Assembly (NCBI GenBank): GCA_965178125.1 | Contig: OZ237753.1 | Span: 620,001 to 684,000 of the forward strand | Origin: Bilabrum cf. latius | Lineage: Eukaryota | Length of the DNA: 64,000 nt | Direction: 5' to 3' | Part shown: positions 22,607-35,000 of the stretch, one piece after another | How positions within the stretch are numbered: position 1 is the first letter of the stretch | How the letters are laid out: each line of letters opens with the position of its first letter | Made by a program: the position numbers and the translations under genes | The notes under the pieces: generated by a model | Database searches by the model: none | Seen by the model: the letters and a program-made list of their open reading frames with translations, nothing else | What the model was told of the DNA's origin: nothing

Positions 22607-24818
22607 ATGGATATTGGGGCACGAAGAAATAGGTTTACCCACCGGAAAGCAGTGAGCCGGTGATTCGGCTGGCGCATCCGGAGGATCGCCACCTTTTTCT
22701 CAAATGCTCGCACACTGCAATCCATCCAAAGATCCCCTCTTCGCTCGATTACCGCAGGGTACTGGCCGTAGGACAACGAACCGAGACTTTGCACTTGTAG
22801 GAAGGTGGGTTTCATCCGGTGCGGCGCATCGCTTTGCTGGCCGAGTGGTGGAAAACACATTTTTGTTGAGCACCGTTGCATCGTGCGTACTTGCCTCGCA
22901 GACGAACTGGAATTGCTATTCCTGCCGACGTTGAACGCGACGCGTAGGGATTTGAGAATCTTGATGCTTTCTGGGGGGCCTCTAGTAAGTTCTATCACAG
23001 ACTAGCTGACTATCACAAGATTGCTACACACCACAGCATTCTGCGTCCCTCGTGCTTACTTTGAGCGCAGGCCAACCCAGCTAGGATGGCTCCTCCCCAC
23101 AAGCAAAGTCTAGAGTGTCGAGAGCAAGCGAGCCGTCCCCTGCGGCAGCGGCTTCTAGCAGCAGCAGCAGCGGTGGATAGTACCGGCAGCAGTCCCCCGT
23201 AGCCAGCTCGGGGGCGAGCAAGGCAGGCACGCCCTCGCCAATCGCGCCTCGAGGAGGCGCATAGGCATCTAGCTCCTCTTCAGGCGGCGGGGAAGACGAT
23301 GACGGGATGGCGGGCGACGACTTTGGCGCGGGGGGCTTCGTGGACGACATGGGCGGCATAGGGGGCGGATTCGAGGACGACATCGGAGGTGACGAGGATG
23401 AAGGAAGCGGCGGGTTTCAGAGCGGCCGCAGTCCCGCCCGAAGCCGCAGCGGCGGCGAATCGGGAGACGATAGAGACAGCGACGAGGACGAGGACGAGGA
23501 GCCGTCTCGCCGAGGCAGGCAGGCTGCTGGCAAGTCCACCGGCGGATCGAGCGGGGCCAAGCGCGGCCGCCGCAAGAAGAAGAGCACGGTGGCCATGCCG
23601 AAGCGACGCACGAAGAAGACAGCGCCCAGGGGCAAGGCAAAGGCATCCAGCTCCAGCTCGAGTGCAAGTGCGAGCCAGGCCAAGCCCAAGAAGAGGAAGT
23701 AGAAAGGCAGGAGCGGGCCTGCCGCGCCCAGCGACGGGGAGCAGAGCTCGGACGAGTCGGAGGACGAGGAAGAGGGCAGGGGGGAGGAAGTGGGAAGGGG
23801 CGACGAGGACGAGGAAGAAGACGAGGGGAGGTTCCTGTCGCCTGGAGGCACGGATTCGAGAAGGGTGCGCAAATCCATCACAGGGTACAGCGCGGCACCG
23901 GGCGGTTCCGCAGGCCCCCCGCTCCGAATGGACGACTCGGACGACGACGAGAGCGGCGGTCCTCGCCGCAGCAAGCGCAGGCGTTGGAAGGTGCTGAACC
24001 ACTGGAAGGGCGAGAGGGTGAGGCTGCACGAAACGACGCTCGACAACGGGCAGCGCGTGCAGGAGGCGGTGGTGGCCGAGCGGCTGGGAGCCATGACGCC
24101 GCCTCCGAAATCCAGGGCAGGGAATAAGCGGAAGCGGGGGAAGAGCGCGGCCTCAGGCCGCGCATCCAAGAAGGCGAGGTCCGGGGACGGGCAGGACGTA
24201 GAGCCCATGACAGAGGCGGCGAGGGAGGCGCTCAGGGAGGTTCGGTCCCGGACCATGGTCGAGAACGTGCTCATGCCCAAGAAGCTCGACAGCAGGTCGC
24301 TGAGAGGCGTCAGGGAGTCTAACGACGAGACGCAGCTGCCCCTCCCGCCGAGCAACGGGGCCCCCGCCACCACGACGCACGTGGTGCACCGCGCAGCCAA
24401 GATGCAGTTCGAGAGGCTGCAGGCGGAGGGCGAGGCGGCCGACGAGGATGACGAGGTGGCCATGGCCGCAGCTGCGTTCGACACGTCCCAGTTCATCAGC
24501 GGTACCGTCAGGCTGGAACCCACCGCGCGCAAGGACACGGAGCAGACGCAGGGCGTCGTGCAGCTCTTCTCGGTGCAGATCTGCCAACCAAAGTCCTTGC
24601 TCGTGCACATAGGCACGGAGGCGTTCCTCATGCATCCGGGAGACCAGTTCCTGGTCCCGCCAAACGTTCCGTATTCCATCAGGAACCTGTCGCAGAGCAC
24701 CACTGCTCGGGTGACGTTTGTGGTGCTCAAGCCGGTGCAAGAGTCGGGGGGAATCCCTTCCCCGTCGGCCGGGGATGGAGACGGTGACGAGACCGAGACT
24801 AGCCAAGTCGGTTCTTAA
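22607..24818 (+). CDS. CENPC: Centromere protein C (CENP-C/Mif2); 4 exons (22607-22651, 22758-22804, 22902-22984, 23071-24818)
   Basis: Mif2_N-like GRRTGIAIPADVERDA[TAG]GFENLDAFW, CENP-C motif RRSKRRRWKVLNHWKGERV, C-terminal cupin (GDQFLVPPNVPYSIRN). Five in-frame TAGs, all in the 5' half. Ends TAA. Confidence 0.9.
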
Positions 24819-24925
24819 GATCCTTCAGCGTGACCTCATTGAGTTATCAAGGGTGTGCGTGAATCCGACACATGCACGTGCTGCTAATTTTTCTTGTCCC
24901 CCATATTTATACCAATCCATGCAAG

Positions 24926-27900
24926 TCAATCGGAGTCCTCGCCAACAGGGTCGAACCCTCCAGCGGTCGAAATGGCTGGCAGCCCGGCCGCCCCCCGCAC
25001 GCGAGACTTCTTGGCGGCTGGCTCAGAGTCGTCGTCCATTGCCGCGGTTGCCCCGCCCTTCAAGGCGCCGGTGGCAGCGAGCTTCCCAACTTGTGCTCTA
25101 CTGCGCTTGCCTCCGATCTGCACCTAGCTGCTTGGGCTGCCGCCTGCCTTGCGCGCTCTCTCAGCCTCATCCACGTCGTCCAGATCAAGCGATGCCGCCT
25201 CTCCCACGACCCGCGCCATGCCGGCCAATTCCCTCACGCAGCACAGAGCAAGCTCCCGCACGGTGGCGTGCTAAAACCGCGAGCAGCTGCCTTCGAGCGA
25301 ACTCAGCGACTCGGCCAGCTCGTTCGCCACGACTTCCACGTCTCCCAGGCTCGAACCGGACCTGCCGATGGCCATCGCAAGCTGCATGCCCGAGGCCTTG
25401 GGCACCGCAGACGCTTCCTCGGTGGTGCCGCCCCCCAGTTCCTCCCAGCGAACGCCGCTCGTGAGGTGCAAGCAGGTGACGGTGCTGGATTGCACCCGGC
25501 GGGCAAGTGCACTGGCAATCGCCTTCGTCTCGGGTGTGTGGGTGGGGAACTGGACCACTGAATTGATGCACTGCGTCATGGATCCGCCCCCGGGCAAGCT
25601 GATCGCCTTGGCGGTGGCTGCTGCCGTGGCTGCCTCGGCCGCGGCAGAGCTGGCACTACTTGCCGCAGCCGTGCCATCCGCCATACCTTCGCCGTGCTGC
25701 GGCAGCTGTGCCATGACTTTGTCCAGGGCCTCCAGCTGCACCCATGCGGTGCGAGCAGCGTGCCAAGCGCCCGACCTGCTGTTCGCATCCCTTGCATGCA
25801 TGACTGCCCCGCGCAGGGTGGCAGGCCGAGTTCGTTGCTCGTCGCTCTGGCTGGACTGTCCTTTGGGAGCACTGCCACGGGCCTCGCTGCCGGCGTTATC
25901 GTCACCATCGGCCAGATCAAATGTGGTGCACATGCTGTGCAGGTGTGCCTGCAGCACGTCCCAGTTCCGCACTGACCCAGACCTGCCTACCACGTGGGCG
26001 AGACCCATGCCACCGGCCCACGGCTGCCCTATGCTACCCAACACAAGCCACTGGAACGCGGCGACGATGCTCAGGGCAGCCTGGCCCCCAGCGGCGTCCC
26101 TTGCTCGCCCCCCGGGGCCACCAAGGGACTGTCGATCCCTGCCGCCACTGCTGCCTGCGCCGCTCGAAGAATCTCCAGAGCCCGATGATGCCGCCGACTC
26201 ATCGTCGCCGCCACCAGCGTCCTAGCCAGGCCCAGGAGCCAGCGTCTCGAGAGCCGACCTCGAGACTTGAGACACCCAGGAGCCCAGCACAGCCAGGGAA
26301 GAGCAGTCGGGCTGCTGGGCCGCGGCATGGAGCGCGGTGCGGTCCGTCTCGTCGCAGGCGATCAGCAGCTCAGCGCACCTCTCGATCGCATCTCCCTGGC
26401 CCATAAAGGCCCCGATGCAGGCCTCCACGCTGGCCGAGTCTCCAGCAGTAGGCACCGCCGCGCCCACGCAGCAGTGCAGTGCGGTCTGCCCAGGGGGCGC
26501 GGCGAATTGCATCACGCCGGCCCGCTGGCTCGGCTCCGAGGGTCTGGCACCCGGGGCGGCAGCCGATGCCGTCCTATCCGGACTCGCGCGGGGTGCTGGC
26601 ATGGGTGTGGACCCCGAGGAGCTTCCACTTGCCCTACTCGTGCCACCGCTGCCATTCGTCTGAAGTGAGCTGGAGCCATTCGAGTCGGAGATGCAGTAAC
26701 CCATGGTGCGGACCAGAAGCGGCCAGGCGAACACATCTCTGTGCTCGCACAGCACCTTTACGCAGTCAAAGTGCCTGCCGGCACACGCCACGTGGATGGG
26801 GTGCGCAAGCCCCAGCGTGGGGCATGGGAATGGCAGCGATGGCAGCGTCATCCTCGAGTCCTGCGCGCTCACAGGCGAGGCCAAGTCCGACGCCATCCCC
26901 TGGCTGCCCACGCTCTTGCCACCGTCTCGCATGTCGCTCGGTGAGAGCTGCAGAGCGGCCGCGCCGGCCGACAGCACCGCCTGATCCATGCCGTTCCGCA
27001 GCGCATCAAGGACGAGGGCGAGAGACCTGGTGTCGCCGTCCTCTGCCGCGCGAAACACGATCGCCTGGAAGGTCGGGTCGCCCCTCAGACCCGCCCTTGC
27101 GATCGCAGCGGATGCGAGCAGCTCCCCGGTGGTCACCAGGCCGATGGTACCAAGCCCCGCAAAGTTGCTGCCTGGGAATCCTCCGGGGCCTGCAAGTGCG
27201 GGCGTGGCCCCTCCGTGGTGTGCCGAGTACCTTAGCCTGAAGAGGGCCTCCTCGGCAGCGTGGATCAGCTGCCGCAGGTTCTGGTTTACCTTCGGCGAGA
27301 CTCGCACGCTGCCGTAAATTTCCTTGTATTGAGCAACAGCCCGTGTGAACCCAGACATGAAGCCCTGTGTCGGCACGCTATACGTGGCAGCTGGCGAGCC
27401 CGGTGCGGATGCTGCAGGTGCCCCTCCCTATTGGACTGCGCGGCCGGACGATCCTCCAGACATAGGGGCCTGGACCTGCCTGGCGGTGGCTGATTTCCCA
27501 TTGGGCGTGTGCGGGGCACTGGCAGCAGCTGGGTCCTCCCGAGCATGGTGGTCGTCATGCGCGGGGAGCTCCGTCCCGTGCTTTGCAAAGAGGTCGGCAA
27601 TCCTTGCTTGGACTTTTTTCTAAGACTCGTTCTCATGAGACTCGTTCTCATCGTCTGACCCAGCGCCGCTCTAGCTTCCAACGTCGCCAGATCCGGCACC
27701 GCCGCTAGACCCAAGCACCATGGCAAACACGCGGCTGGGGCCCCCCAATTCCCGTGCCGGGCCCCTGTGGCAGCTGGAGGGCATTCTGTCCGTGGAGGCA
27801 AGCCGGGCCGCCTGGATAGCCCGCACCACGGACTGGGCCCCGATTCGGCTCAGGGCACGCGCCGGGGGCACGGCCATCGACCTTAGCTGCTCGCGGCGAG

Positions 27901-28682
27901 CCAGCTGCATCTGGGCGGCTGCATGGGCCTGTTGCACCGCAGCGTCCTGCACCTGCTGACCCTGCGCATGCTGGTAGGTCCCGTTCGAACCACCCCTGCT
28001 AGCTGCAGCGCTGCTGCTGTTGCTGCTGCTGCTGCTGGAAGAAGAAGAAGAAGAAGAGGCCGGCTTGTGCGTCGATTTCGCCCTGGGCTGTGAGTGCTGC
28101 TTGGGCTTGGAGGACTTCCCTGCGTTGGCCTGTTTCGAGGATGCAGCCGAGACGTCCAATGCAACTGGGACTAGAGGATTGCCATCTTGGTCCTTGGCCA
28201 CCTCGGCGGCAGCGATGCGAGCCAGGGTGCGCGGGGAGCTCTCGCGCTTGGCTTCTTCCTCTCCTGCTGCAGATGCTGTCGCTCCGGCGGCTGCTCCTCC
28301 AGTGGCATCCACGGCCGCTGGCTCATCGATTTCGTTTAGTTTTTGCTTGAGCGCAACTGCGGAATGGTACAGGGCCACCGCAAAGATGTGCAGCTCGTGG
28401 GCCAGGCTCGGGCAGCCGCGGATCTTGGCCGTCTTCTTGTCCTTTAATCTTGAGTAAATATCGCGAATCTGTCCTCGAGTACTATTTTTAGCAGAAATTA
28501 CCCGGGAAACTACATTGCTCTCCGTACCCTGCACCGTGAATGACATCAAACTACCATCCGAATTCTGCTCTACTGTGAGGCACCCGAGGTGGGACGCAAG
28601 CTCGACCACCAAGCTATCCGTTGCGGGCGCTGGGACGTCAAGCAATTCGTCTGAGGCCTATCTTAACGTCTCGATAGCCTAA
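24926..28682 (-). CDS. Large protein with a few ankyrin repeats and low-complexity linkers (5' exon not resolved)
   Basis: ORFs 27671-28645, 26222-27376, 25271-26044 and 24926-25123 are one frame joined via TAGs. HPIHVACAGRHFDCVKVL, GQTALHCC, DETDRTALHAAA. Probable splice acceptor near 28683. Ends TGA. Confidence 0.75.
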
Positions 28683-29647
28683 CTGCGAGTTGATGCATGA
28701 ATGATGGTAAGAACGCGGATCAACAATTCAATTACTCTGGCACTCCGCAGGCAATTTAGCTGCATATCTGCACTCACTCAACAAGTTTACTAATATCTGA
28801 AGAAGACATTTTGGCTGTGTCAGATACACAGCAAAATTTGGCAGGATTGACCTCCTGTACAAGGCACTATGTGGAACAGAAGGATTTCTGGATCACTCCT
28901 TGTCGAATTCCCGGCAGGGTGACTAGTGCGACCGGCTGGAGGGGAAAAATGTAGTTTCCGGGAGTTTGCTTGATTCAAAAGCTCAAAGTTGAATTGTACA
29001 AGTTGGTTTCTAGTACCATGGCAACGAATGCTGCCGAAGAAGGTATACCAGCAGTGTTGGCATCGTTGCAAGAAGCGTTGGCGGATCTCAATGATACCAC
29101 CCCTGACCATGGCGATATCGATACCCCAGATCTGCTGAACAGTCACAGCAGAAACGACTCAGCACACACGCACGGTGAATCGCAGCAGAAGGGGCAAACC
29201 TCGCTCTAGGCATAGGGTCACGTCGAATCGTAGCTGCAGTCTGCTGGATCCTTCGCTAGCACATTCACAACCCTTTTGGTAATCGCAATGTGTATTTGGA
29301 TCGCACTTTGGGTACTAAAATCCCATGTTTAGGCTTTAACTGCTCGGTGCAGGAGACACGCATTCTGTGTGCGGTTCGCTCTTGCCATTAGCTGGCTCGT
29401 CTCGTCCGGCGATGCGGCAGCTGGATGCTTGGCCGCATGCTTTGCGCGGTGCGGACTGTGCTGCAGCTGTGGTGTACGCTTGTGTGCAACAGCAGCTAGA
29501 ACTACGGCGAGAACCGCCTGCAGTTGCGATCAGAATAGCCCGGGATCGGAACCGGTGGGTTGCTCCGCCATCCTGGCGTGGGTGCGAGCCCGGCTGCTGG
29601 GTGTCGCACTTTAGCTGGATCGATTTGCAAGGAGACAGGAAGCCGCA

Positions 29648-31738
29648 ATGGAGGGTGCGCATGACGTGTATGGCCTCTCGGACGGTGAGAGCGGCAGTAT
29701 GGCTGCGCCGAGCGGCAGGCGCTTGTCGGACGCCGCTGATGGCGCTGGTGATAGGGCCTCTGCTGCTCTCGAGATGGGCTGGATCCGCGGCATGGAGGCT
29801 GGCAACGCTCGAGGAGGCATGCATACCCAAATCGGGTCGGGGTCGGACCCGCCAGGAAGCGACAACACAGGGAGCAACGCAGGGACGAAGAGGACCCGCA
29901 GCAGGAGGGGGAGCATCCATGGCAGGGAGGACTTGAGTGACCTGGAGGCAGGGCGGTAGATGGACGATGCACATGGCACGGATACCTCTGGAAGCATGGC
30001 CAGCAGCGATCCTGCAGAGCTGTCGCGATCTAGATCGCACGCCGAATCAGCTCTTGGGCAGCTACGGTCGGTCGGGGGCCCCTCCACCCAGCGGCGACCG
30101 GCGCCCGTTTCCGATCCACCTCTGGTTCTCTTGGATGACCCCGTCGGTGAAGGGCATATAGGAACGGCAGGCTCGACTGCTATCAGTCCGAGCGACAGTG
30201 GTACATAGAGAATAGCGGGCGAGTCGGGAACAACTCGCGCCCTGTTGCGACCAGGGCGGGTGCGCGCACCCATGCTGCTGTTTCCCAAGCAAGGGGCCGT
30301 GCAGCTGCCCAATGGATCTCTTCTGCGGTATCACCCGGATTCTGGGACTTCGATGTCCGCGGCAGACAAGGGTAAGCCAAAGCCCGGCACAGGGTCCACC
30401 GAACCGTCCAGCCCAACTGCGCCTGCGTCAGGTCCTGTCAGTGCCGAGTGCATGCAGGCTGCTGCCCAGCTGCACCAGCGACTCCGGAGAGTTGTCATCG
30501 CTGCGTCTACCTCGTTGATGAGCGGCGGTGCTTAGGCAGGACAGCTGGCCGGCATCGGATCCAGGTCACCATCTGCCGGTGGTGCTGGTGCTGGTGCTGG
30601 TGCTGGTGTTTCGGGTGGCGCCAGCACCGGATCGTCGGGTTGGCGGCCCAGCCGGTCCACCGCCATCGCGTACCAGCTGGATGCAGGCACCGTGATTCCA
30701 TGGGCGGGTGGCAGCGGCAGTGCGGGGCGGGGAAGGAAGCTGGCCCCTCTCGCTTTCCTCAAGTGGCCAGCGAGTGCGATCGAGCAGGCCATGGCTGATG
30801 GTGGTGATCGTGGTGATGGTGGTGATGGTGAGCAGCCGTAGAAGGGCCTGTCGACTGGAAGCAGTGCCACGGCGAGGCACGCAGATCTGGTGGAATACGA
30901 AAGGATCGCGCGGCGCAGCGAGGGTGATGCTGCCGGGAGTCGGGACGATGCGAAGGCAGTCGATGCGACTGGGGGGAAGGCAGCGGGTCATGCTCCCGGT
31001 GGATCTCGCGCGATCGCATCTCCCATGCTCGCTTCGGCTCTGTTGGAGCACCTGCCTCGGGCACTTCAGGCGCGTGAGTGCACGATGCTGTACTCGAGCG
31101 ACTTGGACGGTCGAGGCTTGGCTCAGATGGTGTCCAGGAGCGAGGGCGCGGGCCCTTGCCTCGTGCTGGTCGAGTGTGCAGCGAGTGGTGTGGCAGTGGC
31201 GGGTTCAGTCGATGCTCACAATAATCCAGGAGCACGGGGCCAAGATATGGCTACAGATCTCCAGAAGAGCGTCGTAGTTGGCTGCTTCTTGCCGTGGGGC
31301 ATCACGGCAGAGCGCTATGTGAAAGGGCCTGGGTGCCTCGTCTTCCGCTGGCCCAATCAAGAAGGAAGTGTGTACGACAGTGATGAGAGTATAATGAAGG
31401 GTAGTGATGGGACAGTGTACTCCTGGACGATGCGAGGCAGCGATGCAGGGGGTAGCAGTGTGGCTGGCGAGGTGTCCGCTGACAGGATGTGGCTGGGCGA
31501 GTGCAGCGGTGGCTGTGGTGGTGGCGCTACTGGGGTTCAGCAGCAATAGAGTGGGTCTGGGTTTGGTGCACTGCTTGCCATGGACGCTGGCATGCACGAG
31601 TTGACATCTACAGGGGGTGTGTCTGGGTTCGGCCGTGTTTCGGGGTTGCTGGCGGGTGGCAATAGAGCTGGGAACCGGGTGGATGGTCTTGAGCAATCGG
31701 CGAGAGTGCTCGACGTGGAAGTGTGGGGATTCGCTTGA
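29648..31738 (+). CDS. TLDc-domain protein (OXR1/NCOA7-like); about 696 aa with TAG=Gln
   Basis: LYSSDLDGRGL, GPCLVLV, VVGCFLP, CLVFRW and the terminal VLDVEVWGF of the TLDc domain, reached only by reading through TAG 31547. Five TAGs in total; ends TGA. Confidence 0.85.
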
Positions 31739-32013
31739 CTTTTGATACCTCTGTATAATCAGAATAAGCGCTGCATATGACGTGACATGCATGTGCAACT
31801 CGTTGGCAGTCTAGTATTGCGGTAGCGTGATATTTATTTAATCAGATAAGCGCGAAGCGCAAGATACAGCAAAGCTAGTAAACCTGGATCTCACGGAAGC
31901 TGGCTCCAGAGTATTTGATCGAGAAGTCATATTATCATTGTAGTTCGCGCACATTGCTCTTTGGCCCGGTGCAAGTCGAAGTCTGCCACAACTAGCCACC
32001 TACAGTCAATACG

Positions 32014-35000
32014 ATGGATCGCCGACCTCTACTTCAAAGTGAAGAAGTGCGACCACTAGAACACGAAAAGTGGGAACTTGAGATGGGTGCAGCTGGTGCT
32101 GCAAAAGGCCATGCGGCCTCTTCAGTAGACTACGAAGGAGCAGCAGCAGCTGGCGGTGCAGTCGACATATCAGAGCTTGACCGCGGAAAGCAGCTCTCAT
32201 TAGCTGCACAATACGGACCCTTGTATGTACCTGGACTCCTTCACAATGCACCAACTTTCTCAGATAGTTACGATGCCTACGTGCATGCAGCACAAGAACA
32301 TTCTGCCATTCCTGGATCTGGTAAGCTGCCCTGGCCCCGGGACGAGGGAGCTTCGATGAGTGCTATTGAAGTTTCTGCATCATCATCAGATTCTTCACGC
32401 ATGACGCGGGAATTCAAGATTCCGGTGTCTGAATCGACTTCCAGTGCGGTTCCGGAGGCCTCCAGTACAATTGCGGGCAACACCCCCTCATCGGCCCCGC
32501 TGGACCCACAGGCTGCATTTGAAGCTGCCAAGAGGACGGTAGCAATCGCCCCATACGAAATCAGAGCACGGCAAAAGCGGCTGGAGGCAGTCGGCCGCAA
32601 GTTCGTGGCAAGCGCGCACGGAGTGCTGCAGGGCTTCCCCGAGGTGGACCTGCAAGGCCCGCGGTCCACATTCAGCCAGAGGGACAGGAGTGCTATCCAG
32701 GAAGCCACTGGAATCGAGTTTATCGATGCAGGGGGTCGGGCAGGTGGGATCAAGGCTATTCATGAGGGTCGTGGTCTGTTCCTCAAGTTTGCCTTCGACC
32801 AGATGGGGTACTACGGCAGTAGTGTCATGGCGGCCAAGGCGGCGAAGCGGGAGGCGGCGGCGAGCCGTTGGGTGCACGCAATGGACAGCGTGCACGTGTC
32901 GACGCCTCTGCTTGAGTGCGTGGACCTGCCTGTTGTGGTAGCAGCGGGCCGTTCACGCACTACCAGCGTGATCCGCGTGCAAGTGTTTGCTCGAGTGGCT
33001 GTGCGGCCGTGCAGCGAGTACGAATGGCAACATATGGAGGACCAGCACGCTAAACGCAATGACGGTCGCAGGCCTAGCCAGGCTCAGATGAATGATTACA
33101 ATGCACGATTCCTAGAGGGCGCACTTCGTTCGACTCTCCGTGTGGGATCCTGTGATGCACGCAAGTCCCTGCACGTTGACGAGGAGCAATGGCACCAGGT
33201 TGTGCAGCCGCTTGCCAGCCGATTCTTCCTTGCTTCTACTTCTCTGTCTGGTGGTATGATCGTGAACCATACGTATCAGATATTGGACACAGCGGGGATC
33301 GAATCAGGCTCGGATGTCAAAGCTGTGGCAGCTGCTACCACAGCACAAGCAGCAGCGGCGATCCCCAGCTAGGGCAGCTCCAGGTATCATCGGTTCTCGT
33401 CACTGGATGCTCTGTCACAGATACGCTCGGTCACGTATTAGAATATCAATGGCATCAAAAGCCGGATCAGTGCAGCTAGCTCCTTTGGTCGGCGACAGTC
33501 GAATCCGCATCAGCCGGGAGGAGCATTGTCCAGCCCTACTGATTCATCTACGGTGCGCACAGCAAACATATAGTCAAGCAGATCCACCCAAGATGAGGGC
33601 CACTCAATGTAGGTGGGCCCAGCGAGCGGGGCGGGTGTACTATTGCGTGCAACAGCACGTCCTGCAGCCGTAGCTCCCAGTCGACCAGCTGCTGCAGGAA
33701 CAGCTCGCAATGCTAGACGCAGCTTGTAGAAGAAGCAAGAGGGACTTGACCTGACGCGAGAAGAGCTGGAGCTGTAGCAAGCAATCCAGAGCTCGATCGA
33801 GTCGACTGGAGCAGACTTGGGGGATTCAGTGCCGCTTTGCAAAGTTGTGCATGCCGCGAAGTTGAGGAAGACTTCGGAACAACACCCTTACACGCGTTGC
33901 TTGCTACCTTTCGACGTCGAGGTACACCAGTTGGATGACGGGAGGCGAATCGTGCTAGATACTCACAGGCTCTTGATTCCTGATGTGCCGTGGATCGATT
34001 GGATGCGGACGCACAGAGACAGCGCTCCACACGTGTGGCTCATTACGCAGAGCGGGCAAATGGTCAAGGGTGCGATACAGTGCGAGCGCAGCCATGACAT
34101 TGCTCATGATACGAAGGGCAAAGAATTCATCGCTAGTATCCGAGAGTGGCTCTGCGACCAATCTGGTATCACCGGCATGTCGCTTCCGGAGCAGGTGTCT
34201 GACCTTCTTGTTGATAACATCACGCACGTCCATGACGCTGGCTGCATGGTATGCACGATTTCATTGGGTGTCTGGAGGGCCACTGCAATCATTGCTTGTC
34301 CAATCTGGTTCTGGGGCAAGACCCCCGAGTTGACGTGCCTTCTCCCACCAGAAGCTGCAGGCCGATTGCGGGCTAGAGACAGGCTGGGAGGTGTGGTGCC
34401 CGACGATGTCCTGGGGAGGAGACACATAGGTGTACAACGCGTTAGAGAGTCTGTGCAGTGGCTCTACAGCAACTTGCAACACGGAGCTGGTGCCGCTATT
34501 GGCGATCAGCTTGCGTCTTTTTTGGAAGACGAGGACACTGGCAGTGGCAGATCAACACGCGCGGCGCTGAAGCGGTTGCTACACCATTATGGGCTCGGCC
34601 TCCGACATGCCAGGCTCCTATGGGAATTGGCTGACGACTAGTCACGAAAGATAATCGAACGGGCTCTATGTTCCGTGAAAGACAGCAGCGTAGCAGCTGG
34701 TGCGATTGTATGTCTCATCTCGGCGGTGACTGACTCTGTGCGGCAAACGAGCCTCTGCTAGGATGGCAGTGTCACAAACTGTTCCGATGAGCTTATTGCG
34801 AGTGTTGCAGCAACTGCCCGTTGCTTTGCTTCGAAAGGAATTCTTGCAGATGCTGGGCTGGAATCTGGTCTGAGAAGTCCAACTGTCAGGGCAGGTACCA
34901 TTCTGCATGACGGTGCGCGGTGCGTTGGCACCTCGATAGCTCTACGGGGTGAAGCTCACTTGCACGCCAGTGGAAAAGGCGTAGCTGCCGCCATTGCTGA

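Noticed and set aside
4389-24818. Full ciliate-type code (TAA and TAG both Gln)
   Set aside because: No in-frame TAA was found in any reconstructed CDS, and TAA closes the sulfatase, Miro and CENP-C genes at plausible C-termini.
28760-29340. Possible small + strand gene with C-terminal hydrophobic segment, or the 5' exon of the 24926-28682 gene
   Set aside because: Protein-like text switches frames, and no consistent start or splice model could be built.
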